Shown here: positions 12,891-43,285 of the stretch, in pieces
Numbering within the stretch: position 1 is the stretch's first letter
How the letters are laid out: each line of letters opens with the position of its first letter
NCBI GenBank assembly: GCA_963693365.1
Contig: CAVNZM010000010.1
Span: 6,945,794-7,009,793 of the forward strand
DNA from: Amoebidium appalachense
Taxonomy: Eukaryota > Protista > Ichthyosporea
DNA: 64,000 nucleotides
Direction: 5' to 3'
The notes under the pieces: generated by a model
Told to the model about the DNA's origin: nothing
The model's database searches: none
Seen by the model: only the letters and a program-made list of their open reading frames with translations
Position numbers and translations under genes: made by a program

Positions 12891-14102
12891 CGGTCATGCT
12901 GGGGGGGCCCACCGTGTGCACCACGGCCCCCCCTTCCCCCCTGCCCCCCTCGGCCTCTCTCACCACCATTTCCACCCCCTCCCTCTACCCTGCCCAGCAC
13001 CACGAGCAAGATAAGGGGCAAACCTCTCGGTGAACTGCTGCTGCTGTCCTCCACGTCCACCTCGGCCACGACCGCCGTGTCCACCCCGGTCGCCGCCACG
13101 GCCACCCCGGAAGCCGAAGCCCCCTCGGCCAGAAAAGACGGCCTGGGAGAGCTCGGCAACCTGCTTGACCAACATGGTGAGTGCATCTGGCTGTTCACCC
13201 TCTTTTTTCTCTTTTTCCCCCTTCTGTCCACTCTCCTTCTTTTTCTTGTCTACTTCCATCACCTCCTTTTTATCCCTCTTATTGAACTTCACCTCGTGCA
13301 TGGCAAGCAAGTGACGTTTAACATGCAACACCACCTCATCTACATCATCATGCTCCCCAAACATGCGTGCAGTGTCTGTGTTTACAGAGAGAGCCTTACG
13401 AGCAAACTCGAATTTTTCCCTATCACTCACGTCACCAGCTAACTCACAAAGGTCTTCAAAGACCCGATATTCCCTCTCAAAGAATGCACGAGCTTCTACG
13501 GGGGACATATCTAAAGTGGGAAAGGTATACTTCCATTCTCTGAGCTGGGCCCGGAAGGTACGGCGCCGGTCGGCCGTCAGGTATCGGCCGACGAGCCGGG
13601 CCGTATACTCGAGCTCGTTTTCCGGCCGTGTGAAGGCCTCGAGCTCCCCGTCCACGTCGTCGGTGCTGTTCTCGTCCTCGTCGTCGGGGATGAACCGTGC
13701 GGCCAGACGTTTCTGGCCGAGCGTCCGGGACACCATCTCGTCCCTCCCCTCGTCGTACTGCTGCTCGTAAATACGAGCCGTCACCTGGGGGGCCTGCTCG
13801 GCCCGGTACGGGTGCTCCTCCATCAGGGTGCATAGGTCGGCCATTGTCTTGTGGTCGATGCACTGCTTTATCATTAAGCACGAGGCCGCCACCGTGGGGG
13901 CCTTCTTTGTGTCTAATACTAGTGTGGGTGTGTTAGCTAGGAGTGTCCTAAGCCACCTAGGTATTTCCGAGTCGTGTTTGAGTGTAAAACTGAAAGCTGT
14001 GGTCTGTCTAACGTCTAGTGTATGAACCTGTGGGACCTGTGTGTGCAGGGAGCTATCCTCCGCTGCCAATGCGTAGAACATGTCTACGTTAAACTTAGCC
14101 AT
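12891..14102 (-). CDS. gypsy Gag (N-terminal part; C-terminal zinc knuckle lies at ~4770-4650, beyond the copia insertion)
   Basis: 380-aa ORF, helical then basic/RGG-rich. Removing the copia element and one GAGCC rejoins ...HDRAPGYALRQGFEVPPGPFFGACYFCGRQGHSAAYC. Confidence 0.8.
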
Positions 14103-14200
14103 TGTGTGGTGTGTGCCCGAACTCGTGTGGTTGTGTTTATGTTTTTTTTTTTTTTTTTTTTTTCTGTGTGTTTGAGGTGTAGCAACAGCCCAGAAGGAAC

Positions 14201-14997
14201 TGTCACCGCGTTACCCTAGCGCGAAAAACCGCACTAAAAGAAAGGTGTAGCTTGTCGTATCCTAATATATGTGTACTAGAGACGCGGCACTCTACTAAGT
14301 GTACACACACGAAAAGGAACGAACGTGTACAGAAAAACGGTAAAGTTTATTCAGACCAGGCTCCGACGGGCAAACTTAGATCCGAACGGAATGAGTCTAA
14401 GTTACGACTGAGGCCATCAAGGCCGTGCCCTACAAGATCATCATCACCTGGCCCCCTACGATGCCACATTCCATTAACATTCCGATCTACTTTTATCGTG
14501 CGCCTGCACGAGCTAAGTCGATCTGCTCAACTAATATATTTATCCAAGTCTCACCCCTCACCCCTCCCCCTAGTGGCACCGCAGAGTCTAAATCTACATT
14601 TCATACTATCCTCCCCCCCCCCCTCCCTCCCCCCCTTTCCTCTACATCTACATATATAAATACGTTTGGCAACATATACTATCAAACCTTGCCAATCCTT
14701 ACAAAAGGGCTTCTGCCCGAACAATCACATTCCTAAGTCCTCCTACGATCTATCCTACACACTAATTAGAATTCTATTGGACGGCTGTCCCGGCTGACGT
14801 GGTCCAATGCCCTGCGCCGGCAGAGGCAAGATGCACGCAGCTGTTCAGCTATCTTGAGGCCCCGGACTTGATCTTGATGATCTGTGGACCCGGGCCACCC
14901 CCCCCCCCCCCCCCCCCGATCTCGATCGTAGACTTAGGCTAATCTGCTGAGACGGATTAGTATATGTCAGGGGGAGAGGGGGGCCGCATACCTGACA
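14201..14997 (-). repeat. probable 5' LTR of the gypsy element
   Basis: Non-coding, bounded by TGTCA...TGACA, between gag leader and interrupted Plavaka exon. Partner LTR is outside the window, the left edge could be 14253, and no TGG-type PBS was seen. Confidence 0.55.
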
Positions 14998-23233
<8,236 letters not shown>

Positions 23234-23436
23234 TTTGACGCGCTTTACCGCACATCACGTGCATACACAAAGTTTATCAAAACAGTGTATATACATATAT
23301 ATTTTATAGTACAGATAGATCTCTCGTGTGCGTCCAGCTGGGATGTGGATGGGTTGTGTTGATCATGATGTCCCTTGCCTGATGTCGTGGAGTCCGCGTT
23401 GACCCCCGGCCGGTGGTGTTTCCTACAACATGAAGA

Positions 23437-23476
23437 TAACAGATAATGGGAGAAATTGTAAAGTTTACATTTTGGG
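23437..23476. repeat. ~40-bp inverted repeat, copy 1 (partner 44181-44221)
   Basis: TAACAGATAATGGGAGAAATTGTAAAGTTTACATTTTGGG vs reverse complement of 44181-44221 TAACACATAATGGGAGAAATTGTAAACTTTACAATGTTGGG. Confidence 0.85.
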
Positions 23477-23765
23477 ACGTGGTGCCACAACGGGGGTATT
23501 TTATTAGCATATGAATAGTAAATGCTGAGCTGGGGACCCGGCAGGAAAGATATCGACCAACGGGGACGGCCCGTCATGAGGGGTGTTCGGATACAAAAAC
23601 ACAGCAAAATATTGACATGAAAACATCCGAACGGGGCCTGCACGTTCGTGTCAAATTATACATATCATATCCAATTCGGACTCTGAGAGTCCACCAAGAA
23701 GACAAAACGAACCAAAAACGTGCCCATCACAGATTTGTGGAGAAACACGTCTTCGGGGAAACACG

Positions 23766-23990
23766 TATTCCGGAATATACATTAGAATTAAAATAAGCAT
23801 GTTCCAGGAGCCATAAGACGTGTCTGCAAGTCCATGAGCAAGACGTTATAGAAGTTAGACAGTATTGATACAAACATATTCCGGAATACGATATTATGGG
23901 ACAAGTGGTTTTGCTGTGGTTTGGGTCACGTAAAGATCTCATAGCTGAGCAGTCCCCAACGTGCAGAAAAACACATATTCCGGAATATGT
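23766..23990. promoter_or_regulatory. three copies of palindrome TATTCCGGAATA upstream of the transposase
   Basis: At 23766-23777, 23877-23888 and 23973-23990 (18-bp perfect ACATATTCCGGAATATGT); function inferred only. Confidence 0.55.
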
Positions 23991-25156
23991 TAATCGGCCT
24001 ATTGCAAACCCAGTCTTGTGCATTCTCAACCATACATGCCCGTGCTATGGACCAGAAAAACTGATACACTTATTGGTGTCAAGAGAACCAACCCAACCCC
24101 ACCCCAATCCCAACCACCATCTACTCGAGCTAGTAGAGACAAAAGCCCTAAAACATAACATAACACAACATAACACAAAAAAAAAAACACAAGCCCGTTC
24201 GTTCGTTTGTTCGTTCCATGAGCATGTAAAAATATGTCAAGACAAAATGTGGCTGAAGGACAGGAAGCCGTTTATTCATTCAATCATTCAATCATTCTTT
24301 ACTTTCACTGAACGACGAGTGAATTCTCTAGAACATGTGTTTCAATACAAATATTGATGCAAATGAATACAAATTTATATATACCCACAGGGTATAACGT
24401 GATGGTCATTCGAGCAAACATCATGGTCATTGCAGCTGTTGTCGTCATTTGGGGCGTAAACGCTTTGCAATCGGCTAGAAAAACATACTAAGCGGCAAAG
24501 GTGGGGGTGGGCTGTCGGCATCATACTCAGCGTCTACACGGTGGGTTGCATGGTGTTGAGTGCTTTCCTGAATGATATCAGGTTCTCGGACACCATGTTC
24601 TTGACCTATGTTTGTGTGTGTGCGTGTGTGTGTGCGTGTGTGTGTGCGTGTGTGTGTGCGTGCGTGTGTGTGTGCGTGTGTGCGTGTGTGTGTGTGTGTG
24701 CGATAGATTGTTAGCAGACTTATTTTCAACAAAAGTCAAAAAAATTTCCTAGAATATCCTTTTCACCATCCGTAAAACCATTCACCTTCCGGTCGCATTC
24801 TTCCAGTCCTGCGATATAAAGACCCGTGCTTTTCAATGTGGCGAATTGAGTTGTACAGTCTGTATGTGGACAACAAGTTGTCAAGGCGTAAGGCAATGCA
24901 TGGTTCGTTGATAGCACGTAGCATCCTTTTCACCGTGTCGCGTGTTTTTGACCAATTTTTGGTATAGGTGTAAAATCGGTACGCCCCCCCGCTCGTACCC
25001 CCCCAGAGGCCTCACATGTACCATGACACCCCGTGGACCCACAAATTGTGCCTGTCCCACAAATTAAAAAAAATAAAAACAGAGTATACACCCAAGAAAC
25101 AAAAAAAAAGTGGTCACCAAATAAAATAAATTATCATAAATCCCCCCCCCGTGTGT

Positions 25157-25187
<31 letters not shown>

Positions 25188-26067
25188 GGGGGGGGTACTT
25201 TGTTGTTGGAAGTTATTTGTGGGGGTGGGGTGGGGGGACTCTGGTGTTTGGGGAGGGAGGGGCGGGGGGGAGTAAGGGGAGATAAAAAAGATACAAAAAG
25301 AGAGCCCCTGGTTTTGCAGCCCTTACACTACAACAAAATAAGAACGTATTTTTGTGCGACGGGGAGGGGGGGGGGGGGGGGATACTCGCAAGAAAAGTGT
25401 TGGAGTGACTGCAGGTAGGCCCCCGCAGGAGGTTAACAGGAGGGGGCGTGTATTAGCCAGGTACGAAACCCATTGGGTTCCGATCTGGTTGGGCATGACC
25501 CCGGATGGTGGCTGACGGACACAAGGCCTGGCCTTAGCAGCCACTCTTTCGTCTGTGTGCAGGGGGGTATCAGGGTGTTCATGCCTCCCGGTTGATGGAG
25601 GGGCAGGAGGGGTTTTGAGGATGGATCCGTGTCTGTGAACCACATGTTTCTGTCAGTTGATGTTGATGTATTACACCGAAAATAAAATGCCAGGAATCAT
25701 GATGAAGATATTGACGTGGTAACGAATAGAACTAGAAATGACCACCAACATCATTACGAAACTAAAAATAGGCCATAGTTTACCTGTATACGGTTTTTCC
25801 ACACACACCGTCTCATTTTGTATGTGTAGTGTCACGAGTGTATGCTTGCTCTGGGAAGATGAGACTCCATCTCACAGTTTGTAACCTGATGCTTACAAAC
25901 GATGCAGGAAAATAAAATCTCTTCTTAAGTTTCAAGCATGTGACCCTCTCACACACATCGGTTGATAGGTATTTGTTATGTTTGGGTTGTGGGAGGGGGA
26001 GGGGGGATACGGGAGGGGGGATGTTCTTTTTTTAGTTCGGAGTTCAGCACTTCCGCTTATTTTTGGT

Positions 26068-26123
<56 letters not shown>

Positions 26124-26126
26124 TAC

Positions 26127-35288
<9,162 letters not shown>

Positions 35289-35674
35289 TGTTTGTACATG
35301 TTATCTAAAGGGAGTTCGTAGAAATCTTCTATAACTACGTATGTACAATTCAAACCCAAGTGGGGTGGATGGGTGTAATGTGTGTATTGTTTTGGGAGGG
35401 TGGAAGGGGAGGGGGGGGGGGGGGGGGCGTTTGTATGCACATGTGGACTTTGAGAGTCCCGCATGCCAGGTCGAGCGGCCCAAAGATGTTGATAACATGT
35501 GTTTTGTGTGATCCCCTAATTAGAGGACGCCCCGACTGAATAGAGAGAGCACTCCGTCAATCATTTGCGGGCCGTGTCAGGCGAACATTCCTTGGCGCTG
35601 CTTGAGTTTCTTATGTTTTTATCCAATCGTTAGAGGCCCGCGTCATGCGGGCATTCCACAACTTGCGACCACAC

Positions 35675-36735
35675 AGATGTATGGACTTCGGATTAAAAGT
35701 ATGTATAATTGAAAGTAAATGTTGCTATGTAATAGCACTCTATGTCATAGTACTAGCGGGAGAAGGAAACGTGGCCCTGGAACAATAGGGATATCACTCA
35801 TTTGATTTTGTATGGTGCGGGGGGGAAAGGGGGGGGGGGGGGGGGGGGGGGGTGGGGGGGGGGGGGGGGGGCTTTCACAGCGACGCGAGCCGACTGGGCG
35901 CGTTATGATGGTGACGTGGGCTCTGGTAGTCCGCCGGAGACTCTGCTTGATGTGGAAACGTGCGTGGAAAGTAACAGTCCAATCGGAAAAAACCCGCGGC
36001 ACGCGAACATTCTATATGGAAGAGCATCAGGCAAACATTCAAGATAGCGGGTTTGCCAATCAAATTTGATAACGGGGCATAAAAATCATTATAACGGGAC
36101 ATAAGAAAAATGGCCCACAATTTATGCGCTCCATTCACTTACGGGCCATAAAAAATATTTTAACGGGACATAAGAAAAATGACGCACAATTTATGCGCTC
36201 CATTCAAGGTATCGCGTGCGCTGTGTTTATATGTGGGGGGGGCTGGATTGCCATGACATTGCGAGGACACAGGTGTATGGACTTCGTTGTTGAATGGATT
36301 AAAATTATGTAGAATGGAAAGTAAATGTTGCTATGTAATAGTACTCTATGTAATAGTACTAGCGGGACGAGGAAACATGGTCCTTAAACAATAGGAAGAT
36401 CATTGGGGAGGGGGGGGGGGGGGGGGAGGGGGGAGGCTTTTCACAGGGACGCCAGCCGGCGAGACGCGTTATCATGGTGCAGGGGACTCTGGTAATCCAC
36501 CGTAGATTCTGGTTCATGTGGAAACATGTTGTAATCTTGCGTGTAGAGTAACAGCCCAATCGAAAGAAGCCCGCAGCACGCGAACATTCCATATGGAAGA
36601 GCATCAGGCAAACATTCGAGATAGCGGGTTTGCCAATCAAATTTGATAACTGGGCATAAAAATCAATTTATGCCGGTCACACCACTTTGGATGGCGTGTG
36701 TGTTCAAGATGTCGCGTGCACTGTCTTTATATGTA
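35675..36735. repeat. diverged tandem duplication, ~600-bp period
   Basis: GTATGGACTTCG...GAAAGTAAATGTTGCTATGTAATAG...GCATCAGGCAAACATTC.AGATAGCGGGTTTGCCAATCAAATTTGATAAC occurs from ~35679 and again from ~36275. Confidence 0.85.
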
Positions 36736-37361
36736 ACATTGCAACATTGCGATGGCACGTACGAGTGTGGGTGGAAGCGTGTGAGCGAATGTGCATGTTC
36801 GTGTTCGTGTGTGTGTGTGTGTGTGTGTGGGCTGGTGTACACATGTGTACATGGTTTTGTGTGTGTATGTGTGTTGGGTGTTGGGGTGTGTGCGTGTGTG
36901 TGTGTGTGGGGGGGGGGTACGTCCGTCCAAAGGCCATACATTTTTTGGGGGGGGGGAGGGGGAGGGGGGGGGGGGGGGGGCGGTTGTACTGACTCGTTTA
37001 GTGTTGGATGTTGGTTTTGGACTTCACGAAATGGTCTGTTGGTATATAATGGCTTGTGTGCTCCCTGTTCTTTATGTTTTCACTGTAACACCATATCTTT
37101 GTGGAAAGGCGATTTGTGTTACTAGGTTTCGGATTTACATTGCATTCCCATTACTAAATAGCGGTTGGCCTGTTTTACAAACGTAACCTGTGCTGATGCC
37201 CACTTGTAGTGTTGGGTGCCAGGTGTGATAAGTATTTGCAGGACAATGTCAAGCCATTCACGCCCGTATTGAAAATAAAAAGAAAACTCATGTGAACACA
37301 TTCTGTGGCTCGATCCAAGGTCCCCCCCCCCCCCCCCCTCCCCCCCCCCCCCCTTCCCCTC

Positions 37362-37395
<34 letters not shown>

Positions 37396-37783
37396 CACAC
37401 ACGCCCACCCCGGCCCAGTCTGACAGTGAAGCTAGACTGGCACTGTTTCCTAATGGGGCACATTGTAACACGTTTGAGACAAGAGTGCTTCTAACAAAAC
37501 ACCAATGCAGTGTGGTACACCCCGTGCAGCAAGCTTTTCCCATAAGAGACCAGGGGAGACAGAATCGTAAGAAGTTTTCCGTTCAATAAAACCAACATAT
37601 CCGTATTGAAAATAAAAAGGAAACTCATGTGAGCACATTCTGTGGTTCGATCCAAGGTTCCCCCCCCCCACACTTCCTCCCCTGCTCCCTCCAGGGTCTC
37701 ATCCTACAGTCTCCTCCTCAAGTTCTCTCTCTCCCCTCTCTCTCTCTCTCTCTTTCTGTCTCAGAGTCTCTCTCCCTTTCTCC

Positions 37784-37866
<83 letters not shown>

Positions 37867-38565
37867 TTATATATACATATGGCGGTATATCATATATATA
37901 TATATATATATATATATACTAATAAGGCTTATATATACATATGGCGGTATATATATATATATATAGTGTATATATCATATATATATTTATATATCTACCC
38001 ATCTCTCTCTCAAGCTCTCTCTCACACACACACACTCTCTCTCTCTCTCAGTCTCTCTCTCGCTCTCTCCCCCCCTCCCCCCCCCCCCTCTCCCTCTCCA
38101 TCTCCCTCTCTCACTCTTTCTCCGTCTCCCCCTCCCCCTCTCCCTCCCTCATTCTTTCTCTGTCTCCCCCTCTCCCTTGCGTCTCTCTCTCTCTCTCTCT
38201 CATCCCTTTCTCCGTCAGCCTCAGAGTCCGAGGCTCTCCCCGCCCCCTCCCTCCCCCCCCCCCCCCCCCCCCTTCCTAGGAGTCCCCAGGCCAAAGCTCT
38301 ATCAAGTCAGTCCTCTGGTCACGGCCCTTGGCCAGTCCAAGTCTCCCTCCCTCAGTATCTCATTTCCCCCCCCTCCTTCCCTCTCCCTCCCAGTCTCTCT
38401 CGAAGTTCACTTTCCCCCCCTCTCCCCTTTCCCTCCCGCCCTCTCTCAGAGTCCCTTCCTTCCATCCTCAGGTCTCCCTTCGATTCCCTCAAAGCCTTCT
38501 CTCTTCTCCCTCCCTTCTCCCCCCCCCCCCCCCCCCCCCCCATATCGTGTGTTTACACTGAGGCG

Positions 38566-39011
38566 AAATATTTTTGTATAATGTACATGTGGCGTACAGT
38601 ATGCACCCGGGCCCCATATGTACACACAGTAGATGACGACTGATCAAGGTTGTACGTTAATGTTTGCGTACTCCCAAAGTTTACGCTCGATAACCTCATG
38701 AGACTTGGCGGCCCCGGGCCACTCGATCGACGACCATGTACATGTGCGGCATATGCTAACTCCGATTTTCGGTGCACGTGCGCCAGCACCATTAAGTCGT
38801 ATGATACTGCTGCGTTCCTATTGGACATACCATATTCCTCGAAATGACACCTGATCACGCGTGTTTAGATGTCGATCGCGGACTACCAGAGCCCGGAGAA
38901 CGAGGTGATTTATGCTAACGCTGCTAAACCAAGATCGTTCCGTAACCCGGTTTCGTCTTGCAGTAGAGATCATACACCCCCCCCCCCCCCCCTCTCCCCC
39001 CACGCCCCCCC

Positions 39012-39046
<35 letters not shown>

Positions 39047-39220
39047 GCCCCTGAACAACGCAAACTATCACAGGCGCATACTGTCAATATTTTTGTGTAA
39101 TGTACATGCGGCGTACAGTATGCACCCCGTATGTACACACGGTAGATGACGACTGATAAAGGTTGTACGTTAATGTTTGCGTACTTTCAAAGTTTACCCT
39201 CGATATCAACCTCACGAGAC
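38566..39220. repeat. ~135-bp direct duplication (about 38566-38705 and 39086-39220)
   Basis: Shared AATATTTTTGT.TAATGTACATG.GGCGTACAGTATGCACCC...GGTTGTACGTTAATGTTTGCGTACT. Confidence 0.85.
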
Positions 39221-39416
39221 GCCGCCATAAAAGAACCATGTTGAACAGCGAAAAACCATCGCCCAACGAGGGAGAATTCCTATTGGCGCATGCAGTACAA
39301 TGCATGTCATATAAAAGCGGGATACACTCACGACCGCGCCACAATCAGACATGTGTTGTAGTACATTGTGTACAGTGGTCCTTGGGTGAGTACCATGATA
39401 TAGCCTAATCAACGCA

Positions 39417-40030
39417 ATGGCTTTAAGTTTGGCGAACGTGCAAAGGGTGGTGCTCAAGCCCGCCAGGAAGTACTCGGGTCAGAAACGACCTCCCGGTGCA
39501 CAGACAACACGCATGAAAAGGCGAGACACAGCCCTTTCTGACGAAAACATAGAGTTGGCCGCATCGACCCGAACTTCAAGGTGTTGCTCAAAGGGCAGAT
39601 GTTTGGAATTGCACCCGTACTCGATTGACCAGGTTCGGGAGTCACGAACACTTTTATTTGAGATGTACATCCTGGCCGAAAGGAGAATAAAACTGTGGGA
39701 GCTGGCTACAGCCCTAACACACGGGGATCGTTTGATCTAACAAGAACCCTAGAATTCATACACCGAAAGAGAGAGTTGGCCCAGGCTGGAGGAGCAGAAC
39801 CAGAACAGGTACACACGCACACACACACACACACGCACACACACGCACACACACACACGCACACGCACACACACGCACATACACACAACACACACACGTA
39901 GACACAAACACACACTCGCATACATTTGCAATCAGTTAGGAACACTATTGAACAAATGAACTCATTGAAGGACATGATTTGCATGACTTGTGTAAGGCCA
40001 ATACCGTCCTAGAACCGGCAACCCCCCCCC

Positions 40031-40061
<31 letters not shown>

Positions 40062-41577
40062 CCCCCCCCCCCCCCCCCCCCCTTCCTTCAAACACACAAA
40101 CACCCTCATACACACAACGTGACCCACCCTGCCCTGGTATGTGCTGTTAGGTACGGTTGCACAATGACATGGTCAATTTTATAGAAGTTTGCATGACGCG
40201 CATTTCCCCTTTAATAACTAACCAATACATACCAAACAGGTGGCTGTCGAGCCGGAGCCGATTGAGGATCCGCTGCCCAGCTTGCGGCAGGACAAGCCCT
40301 TCAAAGCACCATGCTCAGGGGCGTACCGGGGCCCTGGGAAACGGGCACGCTTGGCAGAGTGGAAGAATCCAAGCCCGTACTCAAACGCCAAGAAGGGTGA
40401 AATTGTTCTAATAATTGTCAACCCCACCGACAGCTACAACCCCGAGGCCATCCCCGAACCGGCGAAGGTCCCCCCCCCCCCCCCCCCCCCACTCCCTCAC
40501 CCACCCCCCCCCCCCCCCACAAACCCCTTCCCCCCCACCCTCACCCCCCCCCCTCCCCCTCTTTCTCCCCCCTCCCCCCTTCCTCCTGCCTTTCTCAAAC
40601 CCCCCCCCCCCCTCCCCCCACCCTTCGCCCCCCCCCCCCCCCCCCCCACCGTGACCCGCCCATATTCACTTTAAACCCCTACACCCTCATACACACACCG
40701 TACCCGTCCTACTTCCATTCTCCCACTCTCCTCCCCTTGTATCCTTCGAGATCACTTCCTTCAACATGATTGAAGCAGAATCCGTTAACATATCGGCTGT
40801 TACTGTATACTTTACTATGGTAACTGTTGTGGAGTTCTGTTTCATAAATAGATGTGGAGACTGCATCGACTTTAGTACTAAGTTTTTAAAACCTTCCTCC
40901 CCTCCCCCCCCCCCCCCCCCCCACCACCACCCCCACCCCCACCCCCCACCCCCCCCCCCCCCCTCCACCCCCTTTCCCCCCTCAACTCTCTCCTCAACCC
41001 TCAACACCCCTAGACATACATGCACTTAAAATTATGCCCGGCACGAGTCACAAGTCTCACAAACACCTTCAAGGTGTCTTCTCAGTCCACATCGTCATTC
41101 AATAGACCCGCAAACCGCTGGACTTTGTTATGGCCCAAAATCATGGAAACACACCCTAGAATCCTGTACCTCGTTTACTTGTATGTTGTGTCTGTATTCT
41201 CCCCCCCCCCCCCCCCAAAAAAAAAAAACAAAACAAAAAAAAAAACATACCCACATCCCATCCCACCACCCACCAACACTAACCCTTCATTATGTGTGTT
41301 TCTCTCAGCGACAATCTGTCTCTCCTACAAATAGTCTACCCCATTAGCAAACCCTTCATGCTATCTCATAATATGTCAAACAGTTCCTCACGGCCAATCC
41401 CCCCCCCCCCCTCCCCCCCCCCCCCCCCCCCATCCCCACCCCACCCCCACCCCCTCCACCACGCACACCCCCACACACACGCACATGCGCAAAAACACTA
41501 TACCGTATAGGTGCACCAGCCGTAGACGAATCCCCTGAGGAGCAGGATGGTGCAGACTCACCCGATTCAGGTGAGGA

Positions 41578-41608
<31 letters not shown>

Positions 41609-41927
41609 AAATAAAGAATAAAAATAAAAAATAAAAAATAAAAAATAAAAAGAACAAAAGCAAAACAAAACAAATAAATAAAAGAAAACCATAACCCTAT
41701 AATCCTGTTCCTGACTTTCTTGCTTCTTGATCTTGCAAAAAGGTAAAATCAACACGATTGAATGACAGGAGTGTAACTTGCTTAGGCCAATACCATCCCC
41801 GAACTGACAACCCATATTTGATCAACCCAAAACAATACGTTTCCGAGCTTTAAAGCAGATAATTTAAACATGTACACAGAGACAGACGTCCACACATGCA
41901 CATGCACATGCACATGAACACGCACAT

Positions 41928-41972
<45 letters not shown>

Positions 41973-42050
41973 AACCAGCACACGGCCAATGACATGCACG
42001 GGTGCCCCCCCCCCCCCCCCCCCCACATGGCATACCCCCCTCCCCCCCCC

Positions 42051-42081
<31 letters not shown>

Positions 42082-42629
42082 ATCAGACCACCACAAACAC
42101 CACAACCACCACCACCTCCACATTTCCTATGGGCATGGGCAGAAAAACGACAATGGTGATAAACTTTTCGATTTGAAAGAAGTTACAAACTCCTTCTGAG
42201 GCTTCCCCACCCACACCAACAAAATCATTTCGAATCATTATCTGAGCATTGGCTCTGAACTCGGACTGACATTCACAATGCAGACATCAACAGCGCAGAG
42301 AGCAATAGCAACAACGACAACATCAAGAACCCCGGCAGTGTGGCCAGCAAATCAGATGGTGACACCAACAGTCTCCAAAACGACGTGTCAAGTGATTTAG
42401 AAAACGAACCGCTCGTGATGTCAAAGACGGGTACGTATCTCGACTTGCATTATTCCATAGCCTGTTTGTGGTGATGCTAAACGGGCTTTTGGGAGACAAA
42501 TGTCTATGCCATTTTCTGTGCAGTGTATGTGCATTTGCATGTCCGAGTGAAATAGGGAGATTCGGAGATAGGGAGGTAGGGCTAAGAGGGAGAGAGAGAG
42601 ACGGGGGAGGGGGAGGGGGGGGGGGGGGA

Positions 42630-42684
<55 letters not shown>

Positions 42685-42997
42685 GGGGGGAGAGAGCGAC
42701 AGCGAGTGAGAGGGGGAGAAGAGATGATGATAGAGAGGGAGATAGAGATAGAGATAGACAGCAAGAGAGAGAGTGACAGAGAGAAAGCTTGTGTGAGTGT
42801 GTGTGTGAAATTCATGAAGCACGTATGCAGGAATTTTTGAGGGTTGGTTGTAACTAAAGTTGTATCGTTACCCATCAGGACAAACACACAAGCGCCGAGC
42901 ATCTACGGAGGTGCCAGTCCCCGCAAAACGACCAAGGGTACCCATATACAGCATCAAGAAAAAAATACCATCCTTCGGAAACCCTCGCAAGGGATAG
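39417..42997 (+). pseudogene. multi-exon hypothetical gene with a frameshift near 39720; possibly an internally deleted transposase derivative
   Basis: Exons ~39417-39808, 40240-40467, 41511-41570, 42284-42430, 42879-42997 with compatible splice sites (middle exons unresolved). N-terminal CCSKGRCLE...IDQVRESR Cys motif; no catalytic core seen. Confidence 0.45.
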
Positions 42998-43285
42998 TAA
43001 TATTCTGTATGGTGTCTGTTATAACTCGAATGACCGTCAATAGACCTTCACACGAATGCGTATGGTATTGCTATCCTTGGAATGAAATCGTAATTGGCAT
43101 ACTTCGTTATAGCAAACTGCCTCCACGGTGTAGATATGTTGACTTACGACAAAGAGTCCTCGCCTCTCCATTGTGTTAAACGACCTTATATGAATGAGAG
43201 ATTCTTCTTGTTATGAATTTATTTCGGCAAATTTTATTTTTGCTTGTAGGAACGGACACCTTGGAAATTTCGTAGTATGTCTTAA

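Larger units (their letters stand above)
1..14997 (-). mobile_element. Ty3/gypsy LTR retrotransposon (3' end outside window), interrupted by a copia element
   Basis: Minus-strand order gag (14102-12891, resuming 4770-4650 with CCHC knuckle CYFCGRQGHSAAYC), protease, RT, RNase H, integrase = gypsy order. Candidate 5' LTR ends at 14997, where Plavaka coding sequence resumes. Confidence 0.92.

Noticed and set aside
24420-25650. Further coding-looking minus-strand segments downstream of the MTase gene
   Set aside because: Could not join them in a consistent frame or recognise a domain; left unannotated.
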